From Dehalococcoidia bacterium (GTDB lineage Bacteria > Chloroflexota > Dehalococcoidia > GIF9 > UBA5629): 52,658 nt of DNA. The stretch's first letter is position 1. Every line of letters begins with the position of its first letter. This document shows, piece after piece, positions 17,397-27,542 of this stretch. The stretch is taken from contig DUEX01000015.1 in the NCBI GenBank assembly GCA_011170325.1, forward strand, positions 1 to 52,658, given 5' to 3'. A program made the translations under genes and the position numbers. The notes beneath the pieces are model-generated. The model saw only the letters and a program-made list of their open reading frames with translations, was not told the DNA's origin and searched no databases.

Positions 17397-18005
17397 ATGA
17401 TGGTTATTGGCTTGACTGGCAACTTCGGCACTGGCAAAACTACAGTATCTGGAATCCTAGCTGAGCTCGGTGCCGTCATAATCGAGGCTGATAAGCTGGG
17501 GCACGAACTTCTCCAACCTAATAGCCAAGCCTATCAGGAAGTGGTGGCTGCTTTTGGCAAAGCTATTTTAAAGCCTAACCAGGAAATAGAACGCCACAAG
17601 CTAGGTCAACTAGTCTTCACCAACGCTACAGCCTTAGCTCAACTCAACCATATAATGCACCCTGAAATGTATAAAATGGCACAGGAAAGAATCGAGCTAT
17701 ATCGGAAGCAAGGAAACAAGGGCGTAGTTCTCGAAGCTGCTCTGCTAATCGAAGCTGGCTGGGCACCACTGGTAGACCAGATCTGGGTTACCGTGGCTCC
17801 AGAAGCGGTGATAGTCAATCGGCTGAAAAGCCAGAGAGGGCTTGATAAAGGACAAGTCTTAGCTCGTCTTTACTCCCAGATGCCATCAGAGGAAAAGATA
17901 AAACAGGCTGATGTAATTATTGATACCGATTGCCAACTTGCCGAGCTGAAAACAAAAGTGGCCAAGCTATGGCAAGAGCTACAAGCCAAGCTGGAGAACA
18001 TGTAG
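17397..18005 (+). CDS. coaE: Dephospho-CoA kinase
   Basis: 202 aa with the P-loop GLTGNFGTGKTT and the typical CoaE length and layout. Confidence 0.93.
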   Translation: MMVIGLTGNFGTGKTTVSGILAELGAVIIEADKLGHELLQPNSQAYQEVVAAFGKAILKPNQEIERHKLGQLVFTNATALAQLNHIMHPEMYKMAQERIELYRKQGNKGVVLEAALLIEAGWAPLVDQIWVTVAPEAVIVNRLKSQRGLDKGQVLARLYSQMPSEEKIKQADVIIDTDCQLAELKTKVAKLWQELQAKLENM

Positions 18006-18067
18006 CCCCGTCCTTCAAGGTCGCTTTTGGTAAGGCTAGGGTTGATAAACAACCCAAAAGCCTAAAC

Positions 18068-18097
18068 TTGACATTCGGCTACCCAATCTGGTAAATT
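18068..18097 (+). promoter_or_regulatory. Candidate sigma70-type promoter of rplU-rpmA-rpmE.
   Basis: TTGACA (18068..18073), an 18-nt spacer, then TAAATT (18092..18097). Confidence 0.45.
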
Positions 18098-18114
18098 TAG
18101 CTTCGCTTTTGAAT

Positions 18115-18495
18115 ATGAAAGGAACTTACGCTATCGTTGAGACTGGTGGCAAGCAATATAAAGTAGCCACAGGACAAAAAATAGACGTCGACCGCCTAAG
18201 CGTTGCTGAAGGCAAAGACATCGAGCTTTCCAAGGTGCTATTTATTGCCGATGGTGAAGATACAATTATAGGCAATCCAACTATTGACGGTGCTAAGGTA
18301 ATTGCTACTTGCCTCGACGAAAGAAAAGGTGATAAAATCATTGTCTTCAAATATAAGCCTAAGGCGCGCTATCGCCGAAAGAAAGGACATCGTCAGCTTT
18401 ATACTAGATTAGAGATTAAGGAAATCGTCAAACCCGGCGAGAAAGTGGCAAAAGCAGTCCGAAAGAAGAAGATAGCAGTTGGAGATGAAGGCTAA
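18115..18495 (+). CDS. rplU: 50S ribosomal protein L21, with a Lys-rich C-terminal extension.
   Basis: [17 protein letters not shown] is the typical L21 start. The ORF is also open from TTG 18109. Confidence 0.93.
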   Translation: MKGTYAIVETGGKQYKVATGQKIDVDRLSVAEGKDIELSKVLFIADGEDTIIGNPTIDGAKVIATCLDERKGDKIIVFKYKPKARYRRKKGHRQLYTRLEIKEIVKPGEKVAKAVRKKKIAVGDEG

Positions 18496-18749
18496 TGGCA
18501 CATAAGAAGAGTGGAGGTAGCACACGCGGTGGTCGCGATAGCCAGCCTAAGCGACTGGGTGTAAAAAGGTACGATGGCCAACAGGTTCATGCCGGAACTA
18601 TTTTAGTCAGGCAACGAGGAACTCGCATCCATCCCGGTAACAATGTCGGCGTAGGCAAAGACCACACTCTTTTTGCCCTTATTGACGGCGTAGTCAAGTT
18701 CGAACCAGCCACTAAAGATAGAAAAAAAGTTAGCATTTATACCGAGTAA
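18495..18749 (+). CDS. rpmA: 50S ribosomal protein L27
   Basis: [24 protein letters not shown] is the canonical L27 N-terminus. Confidence 0.97.
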   Translation: MAHKKSGGSTRGGRDSQPKRLGVKRYDGQQVHAGTILVRQRGTRIHPGNNVGVGKDHTLFALIDGVVKFEPATKDRKKVSIYTE

Positions 18750-18755
18750 AGAAAA

Positions 18756-18962
18756 ATGAAGGATAAAATTCATCCTGAATATTATACTGATGCCAAAGTA
18801 ATCTGCTCCTGTGGCAATACTTTCACTACTGGCTCCACCAAGAAGGTGCTCAAAGTTGAACTATGCAGCAAATGCCACCCATTCTTCACTGGCGAACAGA
18901 AGATAGTGGACACCGCCGGCAGAGTAGAACGCTTTAAACGCCGCTATAAACTGACCGATTAA
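18756..18962 (+). CDS. rpmE: 50S ribosomal protein L31 (Zn-ribbon type)
   Basis: [14 protein letters not shown]...[10 protein letters not shown]. Confidence 0.95.
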   Translation: MKDKIHPEYYTDAKVICSCGNTFTTGSTKKVLKVELCSKCHPFFTGEQKIVDTAGRVERFKRRYKLTD

Positions 18963-18993
18963 GTAGGTAAATTGCAGTCTATCTACTAGCTTC

Positions 18994-19068
18994 GTATAGG
19001 TCTAAAGACCTGTCCCTACTTTCATTCTTCAATTATAATTGTTGTAGGGACAGACCTTTAAGTCTATT
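18994..19068. repeat. Imperfect 24-bp inverted repeat with an AT-rich 24-nt spacer. It may be a terminator or a REP-like element downstream of rpmE.
   Basis: ataggtctaaagacctgtccctac ... gtagggacagacctttaagtctat. The inner 10 bp (ctgtccctac/gtagggacag) are perfect. Confidence 0.5.
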
Positions 19069-19112
19069 CGCTCAAAAAGCGATGTCTTAGCTGCTCCTTT
19101 TTATTTGCAAAA

Positions 19113-20024
19113 ATGGCAATGTCGAAACCTTTCTATTACGGTGGACAAGCAGTAATCGAAGGCGTGATGATGCGGGGGCGAGAGAATGTAGCTATTGCCG
19201 TTCGCCGCCCCAATGGCGAACTAGATGTAACTAGCCAGCCTCTTGCCAGCATATATAAAGGTTGCTTCAGGGATATACCTTTGATAAGAGGCATAATTAT
19301 CCTTATCGAGACCTTAGTCCTCGGTATTCAAGCCTTGCTTCATTCCGCCCAAATTGCCTCAGCCGAGGAGGAAGAGGAGGACATATCTCCAACATTGTTG
19401 TGGGGAAGCCTGGCTATAGGCATCGCCTTTGCTGTAGCTATATTCTTTGTTGCTCCCCTGTTACTCACCCGCTATCTCATTGACCCTTACATTGCCTCGG
19501 CCTTAATCAGCAACCTAATTGAAGGTGTCATGCGTATCGGCATCTTTATCGCCTACCTGAAGTTGATAAACTTGATACCTGACATAAGAACAATTTTTGC
19601 CTATCACGGCGCCGAGCATAAGGTAGTCAATGCCTACGAATCTGGAATGTCCTTGGAACTAGAACATATTAAAAATTACTCCACCACCCATGCTCGCTGC
19701 GGCACCAGCTTCCTTCTGGTTGTTCTAGTTGTCGCCATAATTGTTTTTGCCCTGCTCGGTCGCCCTCCAATGTGGCTGAGCATCTTATCCCGCGTCGTTC
19801 TCATCCCTGTTATCGCCGCTATCAGCTACGAATTTGTCCGCTTTGGGTCAGCCCATAGTGAAAACCGTGTGGTGCACAGCCTTCTCGCTCCCGGGCTTAT
19901 CTTACAATCTATGACCACCAGAGAGCCAAACAACAGTCAACTGGAAGCAGCCTTATCAGCCTTAAGGAAAGTCATCGAAACTGATAGCTCGGAGAACAGC
20001 CAACTGACCCATAATGAGGCCTAA
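19113..20024 (+). CDS. DUF1385 domain membrane protein
   Basis: 303 aa. YYGGQAVIEGVMMRG and YHGAEHK motifs. Its position downstream of rpmE is common for this family. Confidence 0.85.
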   Translation: MAMSKPFYYGGQAVIEGVMMRGRENVAIAVRRPNGELDVTSQPLASIYKGCFRDIPLIRGIIILIETLVLGIQALLHSAQIASAEEEEEDISPTLLWGSLAIGIAFAVAIFFVAPLLLTRYLIDPYIASALISNLIEGVMRIGIFIAYLKLINLIPDIRTIFAYHGAEHKVVNAYESGMSLELEHIKNYSTTHARCGTSFLLVVLVVAIIVFALLGRPPMWLSILSRVVLIPVIAAISYEFVRFGSAHSENRVVHSLLAPGLILQSMTTREPNNSQLEAALSALRKVIETDSSENSQLTHNEA

Positions 20025-20341
20025 ACGGTATCTTCATCCTCAAGCTGCTGGAAAAAGCAACTCCAGTTGCCAGTATGACATACCGGACCAGTTGGCTCAG
20101 CCCGAATCAGAATAGCATCACTGTCACAGTCCTTAGCGATAGAATGCAGCTTCAGAATGCTGCCTGAGGTAGCTCCCTTATGCCACAACTCCTGCCGACT
20201 CCGACTGTAGAACCAAACCTCACCACTATCTAAAGTCCGCTGCAGAGCTTCCTTATCCGCATAGCCCAACATCAGCACCTCACCACTCGTAGCATCCTGA
20301 ACTACGACCGGGATTAAGCCCTTCTCATCAAATTTCAACAT
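20021..20341 (-). CDS. hisI: Phosphoribosyl-AMP cyclohydrolase
   Basis: 106 aa. GLIPVVVQD...WFYSRSR..LWHKG..SG...C..D..L..V...GP.CHTG. Confidence 0.92.
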   Translation of the reverse strand: MLKFDEKGLIPVVVQDATSGEVLMLGYADKEALQRTLDSGEVWFYSRSRQELWHKGATSGSILKLHSIAKDCDSDAILIRAEPTGPVCHTGNWSCFFQQLEDEDTV

Positions 20342-20430
20342 TCTTGGTCACCCTTGTTTCTTCGGAAAGCTCTAGAGACCTGCCCCTACATTTTTATAGC
20401 CCTGCTCCTTGAGACGCTGGCACCAATACC

Positions 20431-21141
20431 CTACTTGACAGTTAAAGCCTCCTTTAAATCTAGGTCACCAGTATAAAGTGCCTTGCCAACAATAGCCCCT
20501 TCGACCCGCAGCTCCTTAAGCTTCTCCAAATGACTTACTAATGAAATACCACCTGAAGCAATGACTGGCAAATCCACACTGTCAACCAACCCAGCTATCG
20601 CCTCAAAATTGGGCTCGGTTAATGTGCCATCACGCTCTATGTCAGTATAAATAAGACGCCTTACCCCTACGTCCACCATCCTTCGGGCTAGCTCCACAGC
20701 TGTAACTTCACTGCCTTTCCGCCAGCCATGAGTGGCTACATACCCATCCCGAGCGTCAATGCCAACCACTATAGCTCCACTGAACCTGCGGCATAACCTT
20801 TTCACCAGCTCTGCTTGCTCTACCGCCACCGTGCCTAGAACAACACGCTCTATCCCAATTCTCAGTAACTTCTCCACCACCTCTTCCCGCCTAATGCCAC
20901 CGCCAAGTTGGATAGGTAAGTCTACCTGCTTTGCCATCGCCTCAATAATTGCTATATTACCTACCTCTCCGCTGGCTGCTCCGTCTAGATCAACCACATG
21001 AAGCCTGTGGGCTCCCTGAGCTTGCCAGTTTAAAGCAACAGCTACTGGGTCTTCAGAGAAAACCGTCTCCTGGCTATAATCACCCTGATACAAACGGACA
21101 CACTTGCCACCTTTAATGTCAACAGCCGGAATTATCTCCAT
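20431..21141 (-). CDS. hisA: ProFAR isomerase (HisA)
   Basis: MEIIPAVDIKGGKCVRLYQGDY. The ORF is open from GTG 21153. Confidence 0.93.
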   Translation of the reverse strand: MEIIPAVDIKGGKCVRLYQGDYSQETVFSEDPVAVALNWQAQGAHRLHVVDLDGAASGEVGNIAIIEAMAKQVDLPIQLGGGIRREEVVEKLLRIGIERVVLGTVAVEQAELVKRLCRRFSGAIVVGIDARDGYVATHGWRKGSEVTAVELARRMVDVGVRRLIYTDIERDGTLTEPNFEAIAGLVDSVDLPVIASGGISLVSHLEKLKELRVEGAIVGKALYTGDLDLKEALTVK

Positions 21142-21237
21142 GCCATGTACCACCTTCTTTTGCCAATAATACCTTAACGAGAAACTCAGCTCAAGCTAAA
21201 AGAGCATAACCACAGGTATGCGCCAGACAAAGCCTAC

Positions 21238-21265
21238 TTGAAATTCTCAGTATTTGTTATACAAT
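21238..21265 (+). promoter_or_regulatory. Candidate sigma70-type promoter upstream of the carboxyltransferase gene.
   Basis: TTGAAA (21238..21243), a 16-nt spacer, then TACAAT (21260..21265). AAGGAGG lies before ATG 21397. Confidence 0.4.
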
Positions 21266-21396
21266 AGTACAGGTGTACCCACAACTCGAACAACTTGTCG
21301 TCAAATCCCAAGCTAATGCCTTCAAATTAGGCCGAATGGGTATAAAATTAGAAGCCGCTCGTCAGCCAAGAGCCAAACTTTAAAGGAGGTTAGACA

Positions 21397-22950
21397 ATGG
21401 CAACAACTGCCGAACTAATTGAGAAATACAAGGAGAGAAGAGAAAAGATTAAGCAGATGGGAGAGCCCAAGGTTCTCGAAAACCGCCGTAAAGCGGGGCA
21501 ACTGTCAGCCCGCGAAAGAATCGATTACTTTTTCGATCCTGGCACTTTCACTGAGCTAGGATTATTCATCAAGCATAGGACTGCAGCTTTTGGACTGGAT
21601 AAAAGGGAGGTGCCTGCTGAGGGAATTATAACTGGTTATGGCAAGGTAAACGGCAGGCACGTTGTCGCCTCTGCCGAGGATTATAGCAGTATGGCTGGTA
21701 CTTTTGGCGAATATCATGGTAAGAAATTCGCCCATGCTCTTGATTTTGCTAAGGAAGTGGGCTGGCCCTGTATTAGTATGAATGACTCGGGAGGTGCGCG
21801 ACTTCAGGAGGGAATGGACACCCTCGAGTCTTATGGTTGGCTATTCAGAGCTCAAATTCTGGCTTCAGGCATAGTGCCTCAGATATCCTTGCTTATGGGT
21901 CCGTGCTTAGGGGGACAAGCCTATCACCCGGTGATGCAGGACTTCCTTATCCAATGTAGGCATACCGGTTTTATGGGGATCGCCGGTCCCGCCTTCGCCA
22001 AAACTCAGATTGGAGAGGAGATAACCCTTGAGGAACTTTCCGGCTGGAAAGCTCACGCTGTTAGATCAGGGCAAACCCACATTGTAGCCGAAGATGACAA
22101 GGATGCTTTAGATAAGTGCAAGCACCTCTTATCCTTCCTCCCCTCCAATAACAAGCAAAAACCACTTCGCACTGAGACAAAGGATGACCCGGAGAGAACA
22201 GTCCCTGAGCTGGACGCCCTAATTCCCGACCGTCCGACTCACCCCTTCGACATGCTTAAAGTGATTACATCAGTAGTAGATGACAGCCACTTCTTCGAGA
22301 TAATGAAGGATTACGCCCGGAATTGCATAATAGGCTTCGCTCGGTTTAATGGGCGCCCCGCAGGTATAGTAGCTAACCAATCAATGCAGGCTGCCGGAAT
22401 TATAGATGTAAATGCCGCAGATAAAATGGCCAGATTCATAAGGTTCTGTGACTTGTTTAACATCCCACTAATCAGCCTTCAAGACTGCCCTGGATATATG
22501 ATAGGTTCTGAACAAGATTGGAAGGGTATTCTGCGCCACGGCGCCAAGTTGCTTTACTCCTGGGCTGATGCTACCGTGCCTCTAATTTCAATCATAGTAA
22601 GAAAATCCTACGCTGGTGCCCACTACGGAATGTTAGATAAAGCTATTGGTGCTGACCTTGTCTTCGCCTGGCCAACAGCTCGGGTTACCATCGTCGGCGC
22701 TGAGACTGCAGCCAGTGTTATCTTCGCCAAGGAGATAAAAGAGGCAGAAAACCAGCAAGAGGTGAGAGCCAAGCGGATAGAAGAATACGACGAGCTATAC
22801 GAGAACCCCTACCGAGGGGCTGAGCGGGGATATATTGATGATATTATAATGCCTAGCGACACCAGGAAAATGATAAATAGAGCCCTAGATGTTTTAGAAA
22901 ACAAGACCGTGGCTAGACCATGGAAAAAGTATTCCAATATCAATCTATAA
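21397..22950 (+). CDS. Acyl-CoA carboxylase carboxyltransferase subunit (propionyl-CoA carboxylase beta / methylmalonyl-CoA decarboxylase alpha family).
   Basis: 517 aa two-domain crotonase-like carboxyl transferase, with the MGPCLGGQAY and AWPTA motifs. Confidence 0.92.
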   Translation: MATTAELIEKYKERREKIKQMGEPKVLENRRKAGQLSARERIDYFFDPGTFTELGLFIKHRTAAFGLDKREVPAEGIITGYGKVNGRHVVASAEDYSSMAGTFGEYHGKKFAHALDFAKEVGWPCISMNDSGGARLQEGMDTLESYGWLFRAQILASGIVPQISLLMGPCLGGQAYHPVMQDFLIQCRHTGFMGIAGPAFAKTQIGEEITLEELSGWKAHAVRSGQTHIVAEDDKDALDKCKHLLSFLPSNNKQKPLRTETKDDPERTVPELDALIPDRPTHPFDMLKVITSVVDDSHFFEIMKDYARNCIIGFARFNGRPAGIVANQSMQAAGIIDVNAADKMARFIRFCDLFNIPLISLQDCPGYMIGSEQDWKGILRHGAKLLYSWADATVPLISIIVRKSYAGAHYGMLDKAIGADLVFAWPTARVTIVGAETAASVIFAKEIKEAENQQEVRAKRIEEYDELYENPYRGAERGYIDDIIMPSDTRKMINRALDVLENKTVARPWKKYSNINL

Positions 22951-22960
22951 GGAGGCAAAC

Positions 22961-23182
22961 ATGCCATTGGAAATAATGGAGGTACCCTTAGCAGGAAAAG
23001 TGCTCGAGGTCAATGTCAATCCCGGAGACAAAATAGCCGAAGGCAGCCAGGTCTGTACTATCGAGTCCATGAAAATGGAAAACCCTATTCTCGCCCCTGT
23101 TTCCGGGGTAGTTAAAGAAATAAAAGTTTCCCCAGGGCAGGTGATCAAAGCCGGCGAGACTATTGCTGTAATTGAGTATTAG
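22961..23182 (+). CDS. Biotin/lipoyl-attachment domain protein (small biotin carboxyl carrier).
   Basis: 73 aa with the biotinylation motif IESMKMENPI. Confidence 0.85.
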   Translation: MPLEIMEVPLAGKVLEVNVNPGDKIAEGSQVCTIESMKMENPILAPVSGVVKEIKVSPGQVIKAGETIAVIEY

Positions 23183-23194
23183 GTCTAAATATCC

Positions 23195-23725
23195 TTAAGC
23201 TCCGCCCACTTCTTCATAGCGAGCTAAGGTAAATATCAGGTCGGATAGACGATTGAGATATTTCGGTACCTCATCGTTTGTGATTATTTCGGCTTCCTTC
23301 AAACCAATCACTCTCCTTTCCGCCCGCCGAACTATGGTCCTAGCCACATCCAGAGCCGCTGAACCAGCAGAACCTCCCCCAGGAACAACAAAAGCCTCGG
23401 GCATCTTAACCTTAGCTTCAAAGTTGTCTATCAAATTCTCCAACCTTTGCACCATTTCCAAAGTAACTATATTTTGCTTTTTCACTAGCTTCGAATAGTG
23501 CTCAGATGGGGTTGCCAGTTCAGCTCCAACGACAAATAAATCCTGCTGCAAGCCAAAAACAATGTCCTTGACCTCAGGCTGACAAAAGTGACGAGCTAGC
23601 CCTAAAGCTGAAACCGCTTCATCAATAGTGCCATAGGCTTCACATCTGGAATCAGATTTAGCCACTCTGACTCCATAGAGCAGACTGGTTTCCCCTCTAT
23701 CCCCCTTCTTGTTAAAAGTCCTCAT
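23195..23725 (-). CDS. ATP:cob(I)alamin adenosyltransferase, PduO type
   Basis: 176 aa. KKGDRGETSLLYGVRVAKSD and the helical-bundle PduO N-terminal domain pattern. Confidence 0.9.
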   Translation of the reverse strand: MRTFNKKGDRGETSLLYGVRVAKSDSRCEAYGTIDEAVSALGLARHFCQPEVKDIVFGLQQDLFVVGAELATPSEHYSKLVKKQNIVTLEMVQRLENLIDNFEAKVKMPEAFVVPGGGSAGSAALDVARTIVRRAERRVIGLKEAEIITNDEVPKYLNRLSDLIFTLARYEEVGGA

Positions 23726-23767
23726 AAGTCCTCTCTTTGTTCACATTGCAGCAAACGCAAGGCAATT

Positions 23768-24946
23768 CTATGATACGTGCTGTAAAATAACACCTTTCTT
23801 GGCAAGCCGGTCAATTTCTGCCTCGCTATACCCCAGCTCTCTCAAGATTTCACCGGTATGCTCACCAAGCAAAGGAGCCTGAAATCTAATTTGAGGCACC
23901 ATTTCCGAAAACCTAATGGGAGCCCGTACCAGCTTGACCTCCCCTACTCCAGGATAATCCGCATCGATAATCATTTCCCTAGCTATCACCTGAGGATCCT
24001 CAATTACTTCGTCCACATTAAGAAGAGGCCCGCAAGGAACATCAACAGCTGCTAGTTTTGCCACCAATTCATCACTACTATACTGCTTAAAGAGTTGGTT
24101 CAGCGTTTTCACCAACTCTTCCCGATTCTGGCATCTCTTATCATTCGTAGCATAACGGGGGTCTCCAGCCAAGTTGTCTAAACCTAAGGCTCGACAAAAA
24201 TTCTTCCAAGACTTCTCACTAAAAACCCCCACAAAAATAGGGCTATCTTTAGTCTGGAAAACCTGATATGGCACAAACGTCGAATTACCTGAACCCATCC
24301 GAGCCGGTAGCTGACCTGTCAAGAAGTAATGGGTTATAAAATGGCTCATATAAAAAACTGCGGTATCAAACAAGTCAACATCAATTTTCTGCCCTTTGCC
24401 ACTTTTCCCTCGCTCTAGCAAAGCCAGAGCAATCCCATAAGCCCCCAGAATCCCCGCGCCATGATCAACCACCGAAGGGCCTATCCTTATCGGTGGTCGA
24501 CCAGCTTCACCAGTTGCCAACATAATGCCTGACATAGCCTGAGCTACTGGGTCAAAAGCCGGACGCTTACGGTAAGGCCCAGTCTGTCCAAAACCGGAAA
24601 TGGAACAATATATTATCAATGGATTTACCCGGCTAACAGCCTCATACCCTAACCCAAGCCTGTCCACAGTGCCCGGGGTAAAGCTCTCTACAAGAACATC
24701 GACTCTACCCGCCAATTTCAGAGCTATATCTCGACCTTCTTCACTATCCAAGTCTAAAGCCATACCTCGCTTATTGCGACTAAGGTTCATGAGGAAAGCT
24801 CCGCTCAGTGCATGACGAAAGGATTCGCCACCCAAGGGCTCAATCTTAATTACCTCAGCACCCATATCTGCCAATAGCATAGTGCAACAGGGCCCAGCAG
24901 CAGCCTGGGTTAGATCCAGCACTTTCACTTTATCTAAAGGTACCAT
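23768..24946 (-). CDS. Family III CoA-transferase (CaiB/BaiF)
   Basis: ATG 24946 gives MVPLDKVKVLDLTQAAAGPCCTMLLADMGAEVIKIE, the typical family III start. The ORF is open to 25003. Confidence 0.9.
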   Translation of the reverse strand: MVPLDKVKVLDLTQAAAGPCCTMLLADMGAEVIKIEPLGGESFRHALSGAFLMNLSRNKRGMALDLDSEEGRDIALKLAGRVDVLVESFTPGTVDRLGLGYEAVSRVNPLIIYCSISGFGQTGPYRKRPAFDPVAQAMSGIMLATGEAGRPPIRIGPSVVDHGAGILGAYGIALALLERGKSGKGQKIDVDLFDTAVFYMSHFITHYFLTGQLPARMGSGNSTFVPYQVFQTKDSPIFVGVFSEKSWKNFCRALGLDNLAGDPRYATNDKRCQNREELVKTLNQLFKQYSSDELVAKLAAVDVPCGPLLNVDEVIEDPQVIAREMIIDADYPGVGEVKLVRAPIRFSEMVPQIRFQAPLLGEHTGEILRELGYSEAEIDRLAKKGVILQHVS

Positions 24947-25087
24947 GTTACCCCCAATCCAGACAGTACATCTATGTATACCAGAATTCGCTTGCGTTAT
25001 CAAAATTTTCAGCCATTCTAGCGGCTTTCCGAATTCTAAATTGGTCCATTTGACACTCTATCCGCCTGTTTGCTAAACTGGCATGAA

Positions 25088-25648
25088 ATGGCAAAGGAAT
25101 TAGCCAAAACCTCACCTAATGAAACTTCAACCAAAGGTCTAGTGGAGGTTTTTACTGGCGATGGCAAAGGTAAGACATCAGCAGCTCTAGGTATAGCCCT
25201 CCGTGCCTTAGGACATGGGCTTCGTGTCCACATTGTTTATTTTATGAAAGGTGACTTCCCTTACGGAGAACAAAAAATCCTATCCGAACTGCCCAATGTT
25301 ACCTTCGCTAGATTTGGATATGAAACTTTTGTTGATCCGGCTAATGTTAAACAGGAGGAAAAGGAGGAAGCCAAAAAAGCTTTAGAGGCTGCCCGAAAAG
25401 CTATGTGCAGCCTGGAATATGACATAATAGTCCTTGATGAAATAAATGTGGCTGTAGCTTGGAACTTGGTCGATATTGACCAGGTAATAAAGCTGATAGG
25501 TGACAAACCAGAAAGGGTAGAACTTATCCTTACCGGTCGCTATGCTGATTCTAGGTTAATTGAGTTGGCTGACCTAGTCACCGATATGGTCAAGGTGAAA
25601 CATCCTTATGATAAGGGGACACTATCCCGCAAAGGGATCGACTACTAA
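25088..25648 (+). CDS. Cob(I)yrinic acid a,c-diamide adenosyltransferase, CobA/CobO/BtuR type
   Basis: VEVFTGDGKGKTSAALGIALRALGHG...DE. Alternative TTG start at 25070. Confidence 0.9.
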   Translation: MAKELAKTSPNETSTKGLVEVFTGDGKGKTSAALGIALRALGHGLRVHIVYFMKGDFPYGEQKILSELPNVTFARFGYETFVDPANVKQEEKEEAKKALEAARKAMCSLEYDIIVLDEINVAVAWNLVDIDQVIKLIGDKPERVELILTGRYADSRLIELADLVTDMVKVKHPYDKGTLSRKGIDY

Positions 25649-25825
25649 AGGCTAGGAATATGATAGAGCAACGAAAATCGGAGGGATTGGAAACAAAGGC
25701 TAGTAGGTGAGGTTTGTGGCGTACTACGTAAGGTCTTCGGAGAATATCGATTGCCAGCTCTGGTATAAAAATACAGCTAATAATACTGGCTAACCATATA
25801 GCGAAACAAAACGGGGAAGGATACA

Positions 25826-26920
25826 ATGATTGTAACTTTAAGCGTAATCAAGGCTGATGTCGGTGGTTATGTTGGTCATTCCAGTTCGCATCCGGAACTG
25901 CTAAACAAAGCTGAAGAAGGTATGGCACGGGCTAAGAAGGCAGGGCTGCTCATTGATTACCACGTTACCAGATGCGGTGATGACCTCCAACTAATAATGA
26001 CTCACCAGCAAGGAGAAGATAACGACCAAATTCACAAACTGGCCTGGGATATCTTCATCGACTGTACCAAGATAGCTAAAAAGCTAAAGCTGCACGGTGC
26101 TGGTCAAGACCTGCTGGCCGATGCCTTCTCCGGCAATGTCAAAGGTATGGGCCCTGGAGTCGCTGAAATGCGATTCGATGAGCGCGAAGCCGAAACCATC
26201 GTCATCTTTATGGCAGACAAGACTGCCTCCGGTGCCTGGAACCTGCCTCTATATAAGATCTTTGCCGACCCCTTTAACACCATCGGCCTAGTCATCGCTT
26301 CCAACATGCACGGCGGCTTCTCCTTTGAGGTTCACGATGTCAAAGAGAGTAAAAAGATAATTTTCAATGCTCCTGAGGAAATCTACGATATGCTGGTTTT
26401 CCTGGGCGCACCCGGCCGCTATGCTGTCAAAGCTGTCTACCACCGGCAAAGTGGTGAGATAGCCGCTGTTTCTTCCACTCAGCGCCTGTCATTGATGGCT
26501 GGTAGGTATGTGGGTAAAGATGACCCGGTGTGTATTGTCCGGTCTCAGGGACAGTTCCCGGCTGTGGGCGAGGTTCTTGAACCTTTTGCCTCCCCCAACA
26601 TAGTGGAAGGCTGGATGAGAGGCTCCCACCATGGTCCGCTGATGCCAGTAGCCGTCAGCGATAGCAACCCCTCCCGCTTTGATGGGCCACCTAGAGTGAT
26701 TGCTGCCGGCTTTCAACTCTCCGGAGGCAAGCTAATCGGCCCCCGTGATATGTTCGATGACCCAGCTTTCAACAACGCCCGGCAACAAGCAAACGATATT
26801 GCTGACATGCTGCGTCGTCTCGGCCCCTTCGAGCCGCACCGTCTGCCTCTAGAGGAGATGGAATATACCACCATGCCCCAGGTAATGGAAAAGCTTGAGG
26901 GAAGATTCGAAGGTATTTAA
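25826..26920 (+). CDS. fbp: Bifunctional fructose-1,6-bisphosphate aldolase/phosphatase (class V, archaeal type).
   Basis: 364 aa. TLSVIKADVGGYVGHSSSHPEL is the hallmark N-terminus of this family. Confidence 0.93.
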   Translation: MIVTLSVIKADVGGYVGHSSSHPELLNKAEEGMARAKKAGLLIDYHVTRCGDDLQLIMTHQQGEDNDQIHKLAWDIFIDCTKIAKKLKLHGAGQDLLADAFSGNVKGMGPGVAEMRFDEREAETIVIFMADKTASGAWNLPLYKIFADPFNTIGLVIASNMHGGFSFEVHDVKESKKIIFNAPEEIYDMLVFLGAPGRYAVKAVYHRQSGEIAAVSSTQRLSLMAGRYVGKDDPVCIVRSQGQFPAVGEVLEPFASPNIVEGWMRGSHHGPLMPVAVSDSNPSRFDGPPRVIAAGFQLSGGKLIGPRDMFDDPAFNNARQQANDIADMLRRLGPFEPHRLPLEEMEYTTMPQVMEKLEGRFEGI

Positions 26921-26933
26921 GCAGCGAAGAGAA

Positions 26934-27542
26934 ATGCCCAAGCTTCTCCTGGCCACTACTAACCAGGGCAAAGCCCGCGAATATCGTCATCTCCTTAAAG
27001 GGCTCCCGTTTGAACTGGTGACCCTGCTCGAGGAAGGTATAGACATGGTTGTGGACGAGAAGAACACCAGCCTGGAGGAGAACGCCCAGCTAAAGGCTAC
27101 CTCTTATACCAGCTTGAGCCACCTTATCACCTTAGCTGACGATTCTGGGCTTGAAGTCGACGCCCTTAGCGGTGAGCCTGGTATCCGCTCAGCTCGCTTC
27201 GCTGGAGACAGCGCCAGTGACAAGGACAAGGTTCAACACCTTCTAGGCAGACTAAGAGAAGTTCCCTGGGAAAAACGAACTGCTCGCTTCAGGTGCGTTA
27301 TCGCTATAGCTACCCCGGAAGGAAGAATGGAATTATGCCACGGTGAGTGCCATGGCTTAATTGCCTTTGAAGCCAAAGGCGACAATGGCTTCGGCTATGA
27401 CCCTATCTTTTACCTCACTGAATTTGATAGAACCATGGCTGAGCTCCCTCTAGAAATAAAGAATCAAACTAGCCACCGTGGCAGGGCTGCCCAAAAGGCA
27501 CACCAAATACTGGAGCAACTTGCGGAGAAAGTCAAAACATGA
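26934..27542 (+). CDS. rdgB: dITP/XTP pyrophosphatase (Ham1/RdgB)
   Basis: MPKLLLATTNQGKAREY...DDSGLEVDAL.G.PG..SAR. The ORF is open from 26895. Confidence 0.9.
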   Translation: MPKLLLATTNQGKAREYRHLLKGLPFELVTLLEEGIDMVVDEKNTSLEENAQLKATSYTSLSHLITLADDSGLEVDALSGEPGIRSARFAGDSASDKDKVQHLLGRLREVPWEKRTARFRCVIAIATPEGRMELCHGECHGLIAFEAKGDNGFGYDPIFYLTEFDRTMAELPLEIKNQTSHRGRAAQKAHQILEQLAEKVKT

